Part shown: piece after piece, positions 33,004-42,353 of the stretch
How positions within the stretch are numbered: the stretch's first letter is position 1
Layout of the letters: each line of letters begins with the position of its first letter
Source of the DNA: Candidatus Cloacimonadales bacterium
GTDB taxonomy: Bacteria > Cloacimonadota > Cloacimonadia > Cloacimonadales > DAONDQ01
Assembly: GCA_963662275.1 (NCBI GenBank)
Contig: OY759316.1
Coordinates: 1,120,001-1,184,000 of the forward strand
Direction: 5' to 3'
DNA length: 64,000 bases
The notes under the pieces: model-generated
Seen by the model: the letters and a program-made list of their open reading frames with translations, nothing else
Told to the model about the DNA's origin: nothing
Database searches by the model: none
Made by a program: the position numbers and the translations under genes

Positions 33004-33984
33004 ATGAGAACAATCATGATTAACCAAGTAAACGGTGTCACAATGAAAAAAATACTTATTATCACTCTGTTGCTGCTTGCGACAATATTACTGAATGCCC
33101 AGGATAACAATTCAGCCGCTGCTTATATCAGAATGGGAATTGGAGCTCGTATCATTGCCATGGGAGAAGCCGGAGCTGCCACAACTACTGGTATTACGTC
33201 TGCTCATTGGAATCCAGCAGGATTGTATAATATGAAGGGCATGGAATTTTCCACCATGTACAACATGAATATGGGACTTGATCGCAGCTACAAGTATGCT
33301 GCCTTTGGGAAAAGATATGAATTTGGAACCATTGCCCTATCTTGGGTAAATGCGTCAGTAGATGATTTTGAAGGTTTTACTGAAGCAAATCAGCCCACAG
33401 GATTTTTCAATGATAATGAACATAATATCAGTCTCAGTTATGCTGGGGAAATGAAGCACATCCAATATGGCATCACACCCAAAATCTATATGTCGAAGTT
33501 GGGCGATGATACAAAATCAGGTTTTGGATTGGATTTGGGACTCAAGTATGATATTAACCAATACCTGGTTGCCGGTATCATGATGCGTGATGCTTATGGT
33601 ACATTAGATGGAGATAAAATTCCTTACGAGTTTTCAGCAGGAGTTGCGGTATATCCATTTCTAGGAATTACCTTGGGAGCAGATGTTAAAATGGAACAGG
33701 ATATGGATCCTAAAGTAATCTTTGGTGCTGAATATTGGACATCGATAGGAAAGGATAATGAAGCTAATTCTCAGCTTTCAGTAATTTCTGTTAATGAACA
33801 CAATACTTGGCAGGATATTTTAGCTAATTCTCAAACAGGTCTTAGAGTTGGATTTAACGATGGTCGTGTCTCAGTGGGAACCGGAATCAAACTGCATAAC
33901 CTGGAAATCGATTATGCCTACAGAATCAATAACCATGACATCTTCAATGATGACCACGTAATTTCGCTGGTTCTCAGGTTTTAA
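33004..33984 (+). CDS. PorV/PorQ-family outer-membrane beta-barrel (start may be ATG 33043)
   Basis: GIGARIIAMGEA, WNPAGL, DLGL.Y, IDYAY, C-terminal Phe; signal peptide. Confidence 0.8.
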   Translation: MRTIMINQVNGVTMKKILIITLLLLATILLNAQDNNSAAAYIRMGIGARIIAMGEAGAATTTGITSAHWNPAGLYNMKGMEFSTMYNMNMGLDRSYKYAAFGKRYEFGTIALSWVNASVDDFEGFTEANQPTGFFNDNEHNISLSYAGEMKHIQYGITPKIYMSKLGDDTKSGFGLDLGLKYDINQYLVAGIMMRDAYGTLDGDKIPYEFSAGVAVYPFLGITLGADVKMEQDMDPKVIFGAEYWTSIGKDNEANSQLSVISVNEHNTWQDILANSQTGLRVGFNDGRVSVGTGIKLHNLEIDYAYRINNHDIFNDDHVISLVLRF

Positions 33985-34011
33985 CCTGGAAACTTCAGAA
34001 ACAAAGGAGTT

Positions 34012-35859
34012 ATGGAGATGAAAATAATATCTATCAGCATCTGTTTACTTTGTATCATGGTCAGCTTAATGGGCATTGGGCTCAAGGGCGAACGTTATGC
34101 CACTGATGGTATTGAGTACTATCAGCATGGAGATTATCACAACGCTATCCTGATGTTTAAAGCTGCTGATGAAGCTGCCCAAGGCAGTAAACCAGAATAT
34201 TTCTACTGGCTGGGTCGGCTGCATATCGCACTTGCTGATACTTCAAAGGCAAAATACTGGCTGAAGCGATATATTGATTCTCACGATACTGCTAATCTTA
34301 CCCAGGTTCAAGATTACTTGGAGATCATTAATCGCCAAACACTGATTTTTGAAAGCATCACCATGCGGGAAATGCCTTCCTATATTAATAGCCGTAACTC
34401 GGATTACGGTGCTGTGGCTTCTCCTAAGGGAAATTACCTCTATTTCAATTCCCTGCGTCCTGCTCCTTATGGAAAAGAAAACATCTGGCGCGCTGAAAGG
34501 CTAAACACTCTTTGGGGTAATCCGGAACTAGTCACGGAACTCTGTACGGATAAAAATGAAGCGATTGGTTCATTTTCTGCGAACGGTGATATTGCCTATC
34601 TATCCGGAAATTATGAAAAAGGAAAGATAGATGGTGATATATACTCAAGTAAACATAACGGTTCCTGGCAAAAACCACTGGATTTGAAGGACGTAAATAG
34701 TGACCAGGTTGACGTACACCCATCAGTCTATAACGATAACCTTTTATTCTTTACATCATCCAGGAAAGGAGGTTTTGGAGGTACTGATATCTATGTGAGT
34801 ATCAAAGATGGAGATACTTGGCAAACTCCAATTAACCTCGGATCAGCAATTAATTCTTCTGACAACGAGCAAACTCCTTTTTTAGACTGGGATGGGAAAA
34901 CCCTCTTTTTTGCATCTTCCGGTCATGTTGGTTTTGGTGGTTATGATATTTTCAAATCTGTAAAAGTTGGTAATAGCTGGACTGAATGGTCTGTACCGGA
35001 AAACTTAGGTCTTCCGATTAATTCTATCAATGATGAACGCTATTATTATCATCTCAAGAACACGAATGAAGCTTTTATCAGTTCAAATCGAGGTGTGGAT
35101 GGATTCGAAAATATGTTTGCTCTCAATCTTGTCTATGCCCCTCGCGAATTCCAAATAGCCGATAGTACCGGCACAAAAATAACTGTCTTTGATGAAGACA
35201 AAACTTCTCCGATTTCAGGAAAAGTAGAAGAAATTGATTTATCATCGAAACCAATCGTATTTTCCGGTCAACTTACTGATGAAGATGGTAGTCCGGTATC
35301 AGCAGATATCCAATTTAATTATGATCGAAATGGTAATCAATTTAGAGATATTACTGCTTCAAATGATAATGGAGATTTTCAAATTACAGTACCTCGTGCC
35401 GAAAAATACACTGTTGTTATCAATGATGATGGATATTTTCTCTATTCTCAGGAGATCACACCTGCTCCCACAGATACCACATTTAGTTTGAATATCACTC
35501 TTAAAAAAATGGAAGCCAAAAAGGTCTTTGTCTTTGATAATATCCAGTTTAAATTTAACAGCTCCATGCTGGTACAAGAATACAACCCTGTTATTAACGA
35601 GATCGTACTGACACTTCTCAATAACCCGGATATCAAAGTGGAAATCTCTGGTCATACATGCAATATGGGTAAAGCATCCTATAATATGTGGCTTTCTGAG
35701 AGACGTGCAAAAAGAGTTATGGATTATTTGATTGCTAAAGGTGTTGATCCTTCCAGGCTCACTTCCATAGGTTTTGGTCTTACAAAGCCATTGAATGATA
35801 ACAGTACAAATGCCCTCAGAATCAAAAACCGCAGAGTTGAAATCAAAGTTATGGACTAA
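34012..35859 (+). CDS. TPR + PD40 beta-propeller + carboxypeptidase-regulatory-like + OmpA domain protein (PorE-like architecture)
   Basis: TPR-like N-terminus; PD40 motifs (FTSSRKGGFGGTDIY, NLG..IN); OmpA motifs EISGHT, LSERRA, NRRVEI. Confidence 0.8.
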   Translation: MEMKIISISICLLCIMVSLMGIGLKGERYATDGIEYYQHGDYHNAILMFKAADEAAQGSKPEYFYWLGRLHIALADTSKAKYWLKRYIDSHDTANLTQVQDYLEIINRQTLIFESITMREMPSYINSRNSDYGAVASPKGNYLYFNSLRPAPYGKENIWRAERLNTLWGNPELVTELCTDKNEAIGSFSANGDIAYLSGNYEKGKIDGDIYSSKHNGSWQKPLDLKDVNSDQVDVHPSVYNDNLLFFTSSRKGGFGGTDIYVSIKDGDTWQTPINLGSAINSSDNEQTPFLDWDGKTLFFASSGHVGFGGYDIFKSVKVGNSWTEWSVPENLGLPINSINDERYYYHLKNTNEAFISSNRGVDGFENMFALNLVYAPREFQIADSTGTKITVFDEDKTSPISGKVEEIDLSSKPIVFSGQLTDEDGSPVSADIQFNYDRNGNQFRDITASNDNGDFQITVPRAEKYTVVINDDGYFLYSQEITPAPTDTTFSLNITLKKMEAKKVFVFDNIQFKFNSSMLVQEYNPVINEIVLTLLNNPDIKVEISGHTCNMGKASYNMWLSERRAKRVMDYLIAKGVDPSRLTSIGFGLTKPLNDNSTNALRIKNRRVEIKVMD

Positions 35860-35863
35860 TATT

Positions 35864-36094
35864 GTAGAGTAGGACGCCGTTCCTGCTGAATAAAGTTATT
35901 AATGAAATGGGATTGAACATATGTTCAATCCCATTTCTCTATTGTAGGGATAGACCCATGTGTCTGTCCTCTGATCCTTCCATATCAGGCTGCAACACCC
36001 CAACCTTGTTATCATCAGTAAACCAAAGAGCACTACGGTACCAATACGGTAGCAATACGGTAGCATTACGGTAAAAAACCGTAATGCTACCGTA
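35864..36094. repeat. Cluster of palindromes and REP-like units downstream of the OmpA gene
   Basis: GTAG hairpin 35864-35890; perfect 34-bp palindrome 35904-35937; GTAG hairpin 35944-35969; 11-bp TACGG tandem ending in a 17-bp-arm inverted repeat 36056-36094. Confidence 0.7.
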
Positions 36095-36240
36095 ATAGTA
36101 TCGTATTCCAACCCTAGTACGTTTCAATGCAAAGATGCTTGCTATCAATCTTGTTCATTTACTTTAGAATTGTGAGTTCTTTTTGCAAAAAGGGAGATGG
36201 GATGGCAATCTGTTAAACCCGGAGCTACTACAATTAACAT

Positions 36241-36290
36241 AATCAAACTCTCCGACCTAAAGGTCACCTCCCTTCATCTGAAGGGAGGAA
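36241..36290 (+). repeat. CCTCCC...GGGAGG hairpin repeat family (related copies 40053-40089, 56499-56541, 56740-56790)
   Basis: AATCAAACTCTCCGACCT(A/G)AAGGTCACCTCCCTT.ATC..AAGGGAGGAAT nearly identical at 36241 and 56740; inverted relatives at the other two sites. Confidence 0.75.
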
Positions 36291-36319
36291 TAGTACCTAG
36301 CACCTGGCATCTGAAGAAG

Positions 36320-36729
36320 AGCATCAAGAAACGCCTAGAGAAGAATGACTTAGTGGAGAAAGTTGATTTCAAAGTATTCGGTGTTCCCAATGATGTTCTT
36401 TCTGCTACCAAGCTGGCAGAACAGGCTCCTTTCCAGTTTGAAGTATGGGCTGTCAGTCAGTTGAATGCCACTCCTACCATTAAATCTGGTGAAAAGGGAG
36501 TGGATGGTGTGATAACTTTTATAGATCATACGAGAAAAGACAAAGTGGGGAAAGGGATTATCGCTATATGGAAGGTGTTACCCAAACAAAGATACCGAAG
36601 ATACAGATCCTGACAGTAGATGATTTATTCGCAGAACCGATTCGGGTAATCTTACCTCCCAATGTAATTGAACCATATAAGAAACCTTCGATGAAAGCCA
36701 AAGAGGATGAAGAAGAGTATTTGTTTTAA
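36320..36729 (+). pseudogene. Remnant of a DNA methyltransferase / Mrr-like restriction endonuclease C-terminus
   Basis: PFQFEVWAV and GEKGVDG in one frame; KIPKIQILTVDDLF...EEYLF* continues in another frame; N-terminus missing. Confidence 0.6.
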
Positions 36730-36753
36730 TGGACTCAATGATTTGGATAGAGA

Positions 36754-36948
36754 ATGGAAAGATTAGTATTGTTTATTGAAGGTCTCGTTGTATTAGGGCT
36801 TATTGTTTTTGAAATTTTCATGGGCGATTTCATCCCTTTATTTGCTGCTGTTATGGTTTTAGCCTGTTTTATCTATTATGTCAGAAAGAAGCAAAGAGCA
36901 TTTCAACAAAAGTTAGAAGAACAGAAACGGAATAAAGAACTTAAGTAA
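36754..36948 (+). CDS. Small hypothetical membrane protein (2 TM)
   Basis: 64-aa ORF with two hydrophobic segments and a basic tail. Confidence 0.5.
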   Translation: MERLVLFIEGLVVLGLIVFEIFMGDFIPLFAAVMVLACFIYYVRKKQRAFQQKLEEQKRNKELK

Positions 36949-37021
36949 TCAGATACTTCATCTACAGAAATTACATCCGGAAAAGCTGAACGAAAGTAAA
37001 TTCGTTCTAAGGAAACTCAAG

Positions 37022-37300
37022 ATGTCGGATAAGTTCTTCAATGTATTTCTTATCACTTTTCTCATTCTGATTATAGCATATTGGATCCTGAGTAATTTCA
37101 GTAGTAAAACTCTCTGGTTTTGGATGAATTTTGTCTTGCTGCCAATTATTTATGTGCTAGTTTTAGAAATCATCTCTGCCGTATTTTTAGGGTGGGATGT
37201 CATCGAAGATCGGGAAACGGAGGTCGCAATTTTCGTGGGTATGATTGTCTCTGTGATCGCGGTTATGGTCTATAGGGGAGTTGTGCATTGGATGGTATGA
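37022..37300 (+). CDS. Small hypothetical membrane protein (3 TM)
   Basis: 92-aa hydrophobic ORF with AAGGA upstream. Confidence 0.5.
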   Translation: MSDKFFNVFLITFLILIIAYWILSNFSSKTLWFWMNFVLLPIIYVLVLEIISAVFLGWDVIEDRETEVAIFVGMIVSVIAVMVYRGVVHWMV

Positions 37301-37327
37301 CGTTTTAGCTATTTATTGATAAAATAG

Positions 37328-37420
37328 AAGTCCCCTACGGACGATAGATATTAACGCTCGGATTTTAATCCGGCGACCAGTGAAACGTAACTATCACCAA
37401 GTCAGGTACAGACGAAAGAG
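37328..37420 (+). repeat. Dispersed GGATTTTAATCCGG repeat family (copies at 55050-55137 plus, 55206-55256 minus)
   Basis: TACGGA.GATAGATATTAAC.CTCGGATTTTAATCCGGCGACC matches the reverse complement of 55206-55256. Confidence 0.75.
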
Positions 37421-37453
37421 GATATTGCAGACTAAACAAATAGATTGTGCCTT

Positions 37454-38479
37454 CTATTTCATTAATTCTAGCATTGAATTAATGACTATTTGGGGTTCAA
37501 ATCTGTAAATATCATGTTCAGAGGTAGTAGCTGGTTTGAATATAGATTGGTTCGATAAATTCAGATATTGCTTTTGTTCTTCATTAAACAATTTCATCAG
37601 CAATTCAGAACTATTTTGTTTTAATTTATAGGATTTCGAGATAGTTTTAGCAATTTCAAACCAATTGGCTGTAATCAGAACCATTGGAATATTCGCAATT
37701 TGTTCCTTTTGTTTATCTGTAAAGTCGATGACTTCATTTTCTGATTCACTATTCATTGCCTTATAGTAATTCTTTGAAGCAGTATTAAGAACTACAGAAT
37801 AATTGCTATCTTTTTCGTTTCCGCCCTGCATTTTGTATAACCAAAAGATTAGTCCTATTGTACCCGCTTTTTGAATCGATGAACCGCCTTTCCCAGACAA
37901 AGTATTGATGGCGAATTTCTTTGTCTTGCCATCTAAATCCGGATTATGCTTAATTTCAGTTACGAAACTTTTTAAATCATATGGGGCGGGATCCAATAAA
38001 AGCAATCCTTTAACATTCTTGATTTTTAATGCATCATGAATGATCTGATTTGCCCCGAACGAATGACCCAAGAGATAAATTTGGTTAGCATCTAAATGTT
38101 CTTTGATTAGAAGTTCGTTAAGTTCATTACTTATCTGATCCGGTGTTCGGGGATAATTGTTTGTTGTACTGTACCCATAATCCCCCCTGTCATAAATGAG
38201 TACTTTAGCATATTTAGCAAGACTGTCCTGTAAAGGTATCCATTTGCTGTAAAGTGTTCCAAAACCTGTTTCAATAATGACTAATTTATCACCGCTCCCC
38301 TTGATCTTGTAGAATAGGGTTGCATTATTTATTGCGACGACTTTGCCATTTATATCCGGTTTGCTTTGCCATTTTCTTAAAGTTTTTTGTGTAGAACAAC
38401 CCGTTGTTATTGAAAAAACTAGGGAAAGAATAGTGATGAATCCGATGAATCTAGAATAATAGTGATGATTAACCGACAT
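37454..38479 (-). CDS. Alpha/beta-hydrolase fold lipoprotein (likely start ATG 38479; track start 38524)
   Basis: YDRGDYGYS, nucleophile GHSFG, LLLLDP, C-terminal His (SEHDI); lipobox TTGC; AGGAG before 38479. Confidence 0.75.
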   Translation of the reverse strand: MSVNHHYYSRFIGFITILSLVFSITTGCSTQKTLRKWQSKPDINGKVVAINNATLFYKIKGSGDKLVIIETGFGTLYSKWIPLQDSLAKYAKVLIYDRGDYGYSTTNNYPRTPDQISNELNELLIKEHLDANQIYLLGHSFGANQIIHDALKIKNVKGLLLLDPAPYDLKSFVTEIKHNPDLDGKTKKFAINTLSGKGGSSIQKAGTIGLIFWLYKMQGGNEKDSNYSVVLNTASKNYYKAMNSESENEVIDFTDKQKEQIANIPMVLITANWFEIAKTISKSYKLKQNSSELLMKLFNEEQKQYLNLSNQSIFKPATTSEHDIYRFEPQIVINSMLELMK

Positions 38480-38746
38480 ATGACACTCCTTAATCTCTTT
38501 GGTCACTTTTAAGAATGAATACAATTAATGTATTCCTGTACAATCAGCAAGAGAAATATGCTTATTTATTTCAATAATGTCTAACTTCCCGAAAGGCTAA
38601 CGCGATTTGTTTGATTACAGTAATTATCATCTGAAGATGATACCCTGATTCGAGAAGAAATCACCAGACAAATAAACCTTGACTGATTAATGGCTATTTG
38701 GCAAAGTAGCCAAATACTAGGTTGTAGGTTGTAATAAGAGGGAAAC

Positions 38747-39025
38747 ATGAAAGATATGTCAAAATACAATGAAATGGCTGCCACTATGAAGGCTTTAGCT
38801 CATCCCACACGATTACTCATTGTGGATACTTTAAACGAGCGAGAGCATTGCGTTTGCGAGTTACAGGAGATGATTGGGGCGGACATGTCAACGGTGTCTA
38901 AACATCTTTCTGTTTTACGGAATGCAGGTATCATAGATAGCCGGAAGCAGAACAACCAGGTTTACTATCGCCTGAAATGCCCTTGTGTGCTTGACATCTA
39001 TAATTGCATCATCAAAACGAAGTGA
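38747..39025 (+). CDS. arsR: ArsR/SmtB family transcriptional regulator
   Basis: KALAHPTRL, CVCE, STVSKHL, VYY. Confidence 0.85.
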   Translation: MKDMSKYNEMAATMKALAHPTRLLIVDTLNEREHCVCELQEMIGADMSTVSKHLSVLRNAGIIDSRKQNNQVYYRLKCPCVLDIYNCIIKTK

Positions 39026-39033
39026 GTAATTAG

Positions 39034-39996
39034 ATGTTCACATGGTGGGAAAACATCACAAAATGGCTAGTTTACAGCGTTATTGGATTAGCAGATGGCA
39101 ATCGCTGGGCATCCGCATTACAGTTCTTTCTCTTTGATACGATCAAAATATTCATACTGCTCGCGGTTATAATTTTCGCAATTACATATATTCGAAGCTA
39201 CTTTCCGCCCGAAAGGACGAAGGCTTTATTAGCTAAACGGAAAGGCAGCACTTACATTGGGCATATCCTTGCAGCATTGTTGGGGATTGTAACACCTTTC
39301 TGTTCCTGTTCGGCAGTGCCGTTATTCATTGGTTTTGTTGAAGCAGGAATTCCTTTGGGTGTGACCTTCACATATCTTATCTCAGCTCCCATGGTGAATG
39401 AAGTGGCGTTGGGAATGCTGTGGGTTCTTTTCGGCTGGAAGATAGCTTTAATCTACATTGTGAGCGGTGAAGTCATCGCAATTGCGGCAGGAATTGTCCT
39501 CGGTCGCATGAAGTTGGAAATGTACATTGAAGAATCAGTCTTTGAAATGAAAGTCGGTGCAAGCTGTGAATGTACTCCTAAACAATCCGATCGTTTCATA
39601 GATGCCTGGCGCTTTACGATCGATTTGATCAAAAAAATATGGATATATGTAGCCATCGGTATCGGCATCGGCGGTATCATGCACGGCTGGGTTCCAGCGA
39701 ATGCTTTAGCTGTCTATGCGGGTAAAGATAATCCCTTTGCTGTGTTCATTGCTGTCTTGATCGGTATTCCGCTCTATTCCAATGCAGCCGGAGTGATCCC
39801 ATTGGTCAGTGAATTGACCCGTGCCGGTGTGGCGATGGGAACAGCCCTGGCTTTCATGATGGCTGTGACAGCGTTATCACTTCCCGAAGCAATCCTGTTG
39901 AGAAAAGTACTGAAACCAAAATTATTAGCTATCTTCATGGGCATCGTTGGATTGGGGATTGTGTTTACGGGGTATTTGTTCAACTGGATAATGTGA
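39034..39996 (+). CDS. DUF318/ArsP family permease
   Basis: TPFCSCSAVP, GIPLYSNAAG, ALSLPE; multiple TM helices. Confidence 0.85.
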   Translation: MFTWWENITKWLVYSVIGLADGNRWASALQFFLFDTIKIFILLAVIIFAITYIRSYFPPERTKALLAKRKGSTYIGHILAALLGIVTPFCSCSAVPLFIGFVEAGIPLGVTFTYLISAPMVNEVALGMLWVLFGWKIALIYIVSGEVIAIAAGIVLGRMKLEMYIEESVFEMKVGASCECTPKQSDRFIDAWRFTIDLIKKIWIYVAIGIGIGGIMHGWVPANALAVYAGKDNPFAVFIAVLIGIPLYSNAAGVIPLVSELTRAGVAMGTALAFMMAVTALSLPEAILLRKVLKPKLLAIFMGIVGLGIVFTGYLFNWIM

Positions 39997-40000
39997 TGCA

Positions 40001-40176
40001 AAAGGGAACAGGGTACAGCGTACAGGGTACAGGGTACAGAGAGCAGTCTGGTTCCCCTCCCATTTGTAAAGGGAGGGGTTAGGGGAGAGCTAGTTCTGAT
40101 CTGTCGTTTATGAAGTCCATTTGCCCTTTTAGACTGTGTTAATTAATAGCTTTATTTGGGAAATTGAACTCCAAAA
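40001..40176. repeat. Intra-operon stack of repeats: AGGGTAC heptamers, CCCTCCC hairpin and an inverted copy of the TTTGGAGTTC element
   Basis: Heptamers 40003-40046; hairpin 40053-40089; 40110-40176 matches the reverse complement of the 60000 element. Confidence 0.65.
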
Positions 40177-40194
40177 TCTTATCAGGAGTAAAAG

Positions 40195-40893
40195 ATGATA
40201 GGAAACATATTTAATGCATTGTATACAGCTTTGTATGGCAATATGGCATTAGCTATACTTGCAGCCTTTTTGTGGGGTCTGGCAAGTATCTTGCTCAGCC
40301 CCTGCCATCTATCCGGTATTCCACTGATGGTTGCCATGCTCACTGGAAAGAGAGTGCTGACGGTGAAACAAGCCCTGAAGCTTAGTACTTTATTTGCCAT
40401 AGGTGTATTATTCAGTTTTCTGATTATCGGGATTGTAACTGCATTATTGGGACGCATGATAGGTGATTTGGGCAGCCACGCCAATCTTATCTTTGGCATA
40501 GCCATGTGTATTGGCGGGATCCTTCTATTGGATGTCATTCCATTTGGCTCAGTTTCTCTGGTTTCCAAGGTTAAAATTGATGGCACCAAGCCATTCACCA
40601 TATTCCTGGTTGGTTTGTTATTCGGTATGGCATTGGGTCCATGCGCTTTTGCCTTCATGGCACCGGTATTGACATTAGTTTTCAGTTTGGCAGAAACCAA
40701 ACTCTTGGCAGCAATTGCTATTACTGTTTCCTACGCTATTGGGCATTGTCTGGTCATTGTCTTTGCAGGCACGTCAGTTGGTTTTGTGCAAAAATTATTG
40801 AATTGGAATGAAGGTTCCAAGGGGTTGAGTATGATGAAAAAAGTCTGCGCAGTCCTCGTGATTGCTGCAGGTATATATCTAATCTTTAAATAA
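40195..40893 (+). CDS. ccdA: CcdA/DsbD transmembrane disulfide-reductant transfer protein
   Basis: LSPC and LGPC cysteine pair; about six TM helices. Confidence 0.8.
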   Translation: MIGNIFNALYTALYGNMALAILAAFLWGLASILLSPCHLSGIPLMVAMLTGKRVLTVKQALKLSTLFAIGVLFSFLIIGIVTALLGRMIGDLGSHANLIFGIAMCIGGILLLDVIPFGSVSLVSKVKIDGTKPFTIFLVGLLFGMALGPCAFAFMAPVLTLVFSLAETKLLAAIAITVSYAIGHCLVIVFAGTSVGFVQKLLNWNEGSKGLSMMKKVCAVLVIAAGIYLIFK

Positions 40894-40904
40894 AGGAGTT
40901 CATT

Positions 40905-41135
40905 ATGATTATCAAAGTATTGGGAAGCGGATGCAGTAAATGCAAGAAACTGGAAGAAAACGTACGCAAGGCTGTTGCAGAGAAAGGTCTGGAAGCAACT
41001 GTAGAAAAAGTCACTGATTTGAAAGTAATCATGAGCTATGGAGTGATGAGTACTCCGGCTCTGATCATCGATGAAAAAGTTGTTTCAGCAGGCAGATTGC
41101 TCAGTGTCTCTGACGTAGTTAAGTTACTAGGATAA
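40905..41135 (+). CDS. Small redox-active disulfide protein (MTH895/TM0996 thioredoxin-like)
   Basis: IKVLGSGCSKC, YGVMSTPAL. Confidence 0.85.
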   Translation: MIIKVLGSGCSKCKKLEENVRKAVAEKGLEATVEKVTDLKVIMSYGVMSTPALIIDEKVVSAGRLLSVSDVVKLLG

Positions 41136-41145
41136 AGGAGTCAAA

Positions 41146-41535
41146 ATGGCTAAATGTAATTGTGAAGGCGGCTGTGCTTCCAGTACATCGAACAAATCTG
41201 TCTTCGCCTGCTCCGGAGCGAGTAATGTTGGCAAGTTATCATATGACTTGGCAATCGAACTGCATAAGATAGATAAGTACAAAATCAGCTGTGCTATTGG
41301 AGTTGGAGCAGATATAGGTGGATTTATCAACGAAGCTAAATCTGATGATAATACTAATCTCTTGATCGATGGCTGTCCTGTTGGATGCTTGAAGCATATG
41401 TTCGATAATAAGGGCATAACAAATTATGACCATATTGTACTTACTGAAATGGGTATCAAAAAAGATGGTACGTTAAAGTATGATAGTGAAGTATTGCCAA
41501 GATTAATTAATGAAATTGAAGAGATGGGGTTATAA
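41146..41535 (+). CDS. DGC-domain putative zinc-binding protein
   Basis: ACSGASNVG and IDGCPVGC motifs. Confidence 0.8.
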   Translation: MAKCNCEGGCASSTSNKSVFACSGASNVGKLSYDLAIELHKIDKYKISCAIGVGADIGGFINEAKSDDNTNLLIDGCPVGCLKHMFDNKGITNYDHIVLTEMGIKKDGTLKYDSEVLPRLINEIEEMGL

Positions 41536-41937
41536 ATGAAAAAACTAATGATCATATTAAGTGCGATCATGATAGTCGGTTCCTTGTTTTGTGTTACACC
41601 GACAGTTGTTAAAGCTAAAGTTAAAGCGAAAGCAAAGCCTCAGGTTACATTTATCGAACTTGGTTCCGTGAACTGTATCCCCTGTAAGCAAATGCAGCCT
41701 GTGATGAAGGAAATCGAAACAACATACGGAGATAAAGTGCAGGTCGTGTTTTATGATGTCTGGCAGCCGAAAGATAAGGATAAGGCTGCCAAATATAAGA
41801 TTAAACTGATACCTACTCAAGTCTTTCTGGATAAAGATGGTAAGGAATTTTCCAGGCATGAAGGTTTCTTTCCTAAAGAGGAGATCATGAAACTAATCGA
41901 TCCTAAACTTGGTATCAAGAGAACTGCAAAAAAGTAA
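41536..41937 (+). CDS. Exported thioredoxin-family protein
   Basis: Signal peptide; CIPC; IPTQVF; RHEGF. Confidence 0.8.
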   Translation: MKKLMIILSAIMIVGSLFCVTPTVVKAKVKAKAKPQVTFIELGSVNCIPCKQMQPVMKEIETTYGDKVQVVFYDVWQPKDKDKAAKYKIKLIPTQVFLDKDGKEFSRHEGFFPKEEIMKLIDPKLGIKRTAKK

Positions 41938-41959
41938 GATATAACATATAGATGGGTAT

Positions 41960-42340
41960 ATGAAAAGGATATTGATAGTATTGAGTTTGCTCGTTATATT
42001 TCATGCTTTGTATGGTGTAAGCAAAACGGCACCCCAAAATACGAAGCAACCACAAGCTAAACCGCTAATTACATTCGTGGAAATTGGCTCTGTGAATTGC
42101 GTTCCCTGCCGACAGATGAAACCTGTGATGAAAGCAATCGAAGAGAAGTATACCGGTAAAGTGAAAGTTGTGTTCTATGATGTGAATAAACAAAGAGCAA
42201 AAGCAAATGAGTATTATATCAAACTCATACCAACCCAGGTATTTTTAGACGCTAAAGGAAAGGAATTCTGGAGGCATGAGGGCTTCTATCCACAAAAGGA
42301 TATAGAAAAGCTGATCGATGAGAAATTAGCAAAGAAATAA
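41960..42340 (+). CDS. Exported thioredoxin-family protein (paralog of the preceding gene)
   Basis: Signal peptide; CVPC; IPTQVF; RHEGF. Confidence 0.8.
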   Translation: MKRILIVLSLLVIFHALYGVSKTAPQNTKQPQAKPLITFVEIGSVNCVPCRQMKPVMKAIEEKYTGKVKVVFYDVNKQRAKANEYYIKLIPTQVFLDAKGKEFWRHEGFYPQKDIEKLIDEKLAKK

Positions 42341-42353
42341 ACTCGAGGTCATA

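Noticed and set aside
13428..33110. Many short antisense or alternate-frame ORFs inside the giant gene
   Set aside because: Shadow ORFs arising from repetitive coding sequence; several recur simply because the DNA is duplicated
35899..36148. Two short minus-strand ORFs (70 and 69 aa)
   Set aside because: They span the palindrome and 11-bp repeat cluster and have no recognisable motifs
36754..38600. Integron cassette array (small ORFs; GTTAGAC at ~38585 minus)
   Set aside because: No matching inverse core or attC hairpin found after the genes, ORFs are in mixed orientation, and no integrase is visible
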